This document shows positions 63,093 to 64,000 of a stretch of DNA of 64,000 nt, piece after piece. A model generated the notes under the pieces. The model saw only the letters and a list, made by a program, of their open reading frames with translations. It made no database searches and had not been told where the DNA came from. Source of the DNA: a virus. The position numbers and the translations under genes are program-made. Every line of letters begins with the position of its first letter. Within the stretch, counting starts at the first letter, position 1. The stretch covers positions 1-64,000 of IMG/VR virus record IMGVR_UViG_3300025141_012665. One strand, given 5' to 3'.

Positions 63093-64000
63093 TTAAATCC
63101 TCCTCTTAGTAGTGTGTGTATCAATGATCATTTCTTTCTCGAATTCCTCCTTTGAGAGAAAAGGCGACATGTTCTCTAAAGGTTGAGATGTCAGACTACC
63201 ATCTTCTTCTTGTCTAGATGCGGCCGTTGGGAATATTTTTTCTTCAGGGGGGCAAATAATCTCGCACATACATTGACCACTGGAGTTTATAATTTTAGGC
63301 AACAAATTCTCAAGCTCTCGCATGTTGGTTATCTTATAAAACTTTATCCCATATGCAGCAGCGATCTTTTCACATTCAGGAAATGAAATTCCGGATTCCG
63401 GATCGACACCAGAGAACCTATTATCAAAATACTTAATTTGAGTATTTCTTATCGATAAATATCCACCGTTGTTGAGAATAAAAATTTTAATAGGCATCTT
63501 GTTGTGGACTATTGTTTGAAGTTCCTGTATGTTGAACTGAAACGAACCCTCGCCAGTGATGGCTAACATATTTACATCCGGATCGGCTAAATGTGCACCT
63601 ATCGATGCGGGTATGGCGAAACCCATTTCTCCTTGGGCTGCCGGCAATATAAGTCGATTATCTGTCATCGACTGAGCCATTACATAATAAGCAGATCCGG
63701 CATCCGCAACAACGGCAGCATCTTGACCCTTAGTTTCTTCTGAAAGCTTTTTCGAGAAAGAATACATGTTTAGTTTATCCATATCTGGCCTATCAAACAC
63801 TGGCCAGATTTTCTTCCAGTGGGCGGCCTTATTTAGCCAATAATTTGAAGTCTCGTAATCAATGGACATATTTTCCAATATGAATTGTTTGGCATCCATT
63901 TCTATAATGGAATCAATTTTTATTGTATCCTTAAGGTGCTCACCACCATCAATATCTACAGCAATCTTTTTGGCTTCTCTGGCGAAAAGATCATATCTGA
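63093..64000 (-). CDS. Thiamine pyrophosphate-dependent enzyme (acetolactate synthase-like, YerE-like); partial, runs off right edge
   Basis: MGFAIPASIG, GEGSFQFNIQEL, NNGGYLSIR. The frame stays open from 63899 to the window end (..RYDLFAREAKKIAVDID..), so the ORF-track start is internal. Confidence 0.9.
   Translation of the reverse strand, partial: RYDLFAREAKKIAVDIDGGEHLKDTIKIDSIIEMDAKQFILENMSIDYETSNYWLNKAAHWKKIWPVFDRPDMDKLNMYSFSKKLSEETKGQDAAVVADAGSAYYVMAQSMTDNRLILPAAQGEMGFAIPASIGAHLADPDVNMLAITGEGSFQFNIQELQTIVHNKMPIKIFILNNGGYLSIRNTQIKYFDNRFSGVDPESGISFPECEKIAAAYGIKFYKITNMRELENLLPKIINSSGQCMCEIICPPEEKIFPTAASRQEEDGSLTSQPLENMSPFLSKEEFEKEMIIDTHTTKRRI

Noticed and set aside
587-63386. Numerous plus-strand ORFs of 60-190 aa in the ORF track
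   Set aside because: All are antisense shadows of long minus-strand genes, with no recognisable motifs.
1-64000. Eukaryotic giant virus (NCLDV) origin, suggested by the Mre11-Rad50 fusion, sugar genes and NLS-like basic stretches
   Set aside because: SD sequences, sigma70 promoters, coupled operons, gp25/gp6 baseplate genes and a gp55-like sigma all indicate a bacteriophage.
1-64000. Alternative genetic code (stop-codon reassignment)
   Set aside because: Standard-code ORFs tile the window, including 7-10 kb genes, and TAA, TAG and TGA all terminate genes at sensible positions.
1-64000. CRISPR arrays, tRNA/rRNA genes, introns/inteins, IS elements, intrinsic terminators
   Set aside because: Intergenic gaps are all under about 70 bp. 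I saw no repeat-spacer pattern, cloverleaf, transposase or intein motif, or convincing hairpin-plus-U-tract, though a covariance search was not possible.

Overview
This window reads as a 64-kb segment of a large, probably lytic, contractile-tailed (myovirus-like) bacteriophage. All credible genes lie on the minus strand, densely packed, use the standard code and mostly have Shine-Dalgarno sites. In transcription order (right to left) there are four blocks. (1) A >20-kb glycan biosynthesis and modification island (43883 to >64000) encodes a TPP enzyme, an HpcH-type aldolase, an LdpA homologue, RfbH/DdhC, RfbB, two Gmd, Fcl, a nonulosonate module (NeuB family, cytidylyltransferase, Maf/DUF115-like transferase, PtmA-like SDR), aminotransferases, methyltransferases, a B12 radical SAM enzyme and two sulfotransferases. 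(2) A gp55-like phage sigma factor with small neighbouring genes. (3) A baseplate/tail module with an NlpC/P60-bearing spike-like protein, a 2429-aa protein, gp25-like and gp6-like subunits, a 3429-aa LamG-containing gp7-like protein and several paralogous small proteins. (4) RuvC-like resolvase, primase, two candidate capsid-internal proteins, an Mre11-Rad50 fusion and a holin/i-spanin-like pair. Two promoter classes are readable directly: six near-consensus TTGACA-17-TATA(A/T/G)T sigma70 promoters and a recurring ACTATTTA box ahead of virion and lysis genes. The leading hypothesis is a phage-encoded protein-glycosylation system, with the sugar island acting on a subset of virion proteins rich in [S/T]-[G/A/S]-S. 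Other highlights are an LdpA homologue in a deoxysugar pathway and over-represented GGCGCC/GCCGGC palindromes that are absent from the DNA-metabolism genes. All family calls come from motif recognition by eye, counts are hand counts, and no database searches were run.
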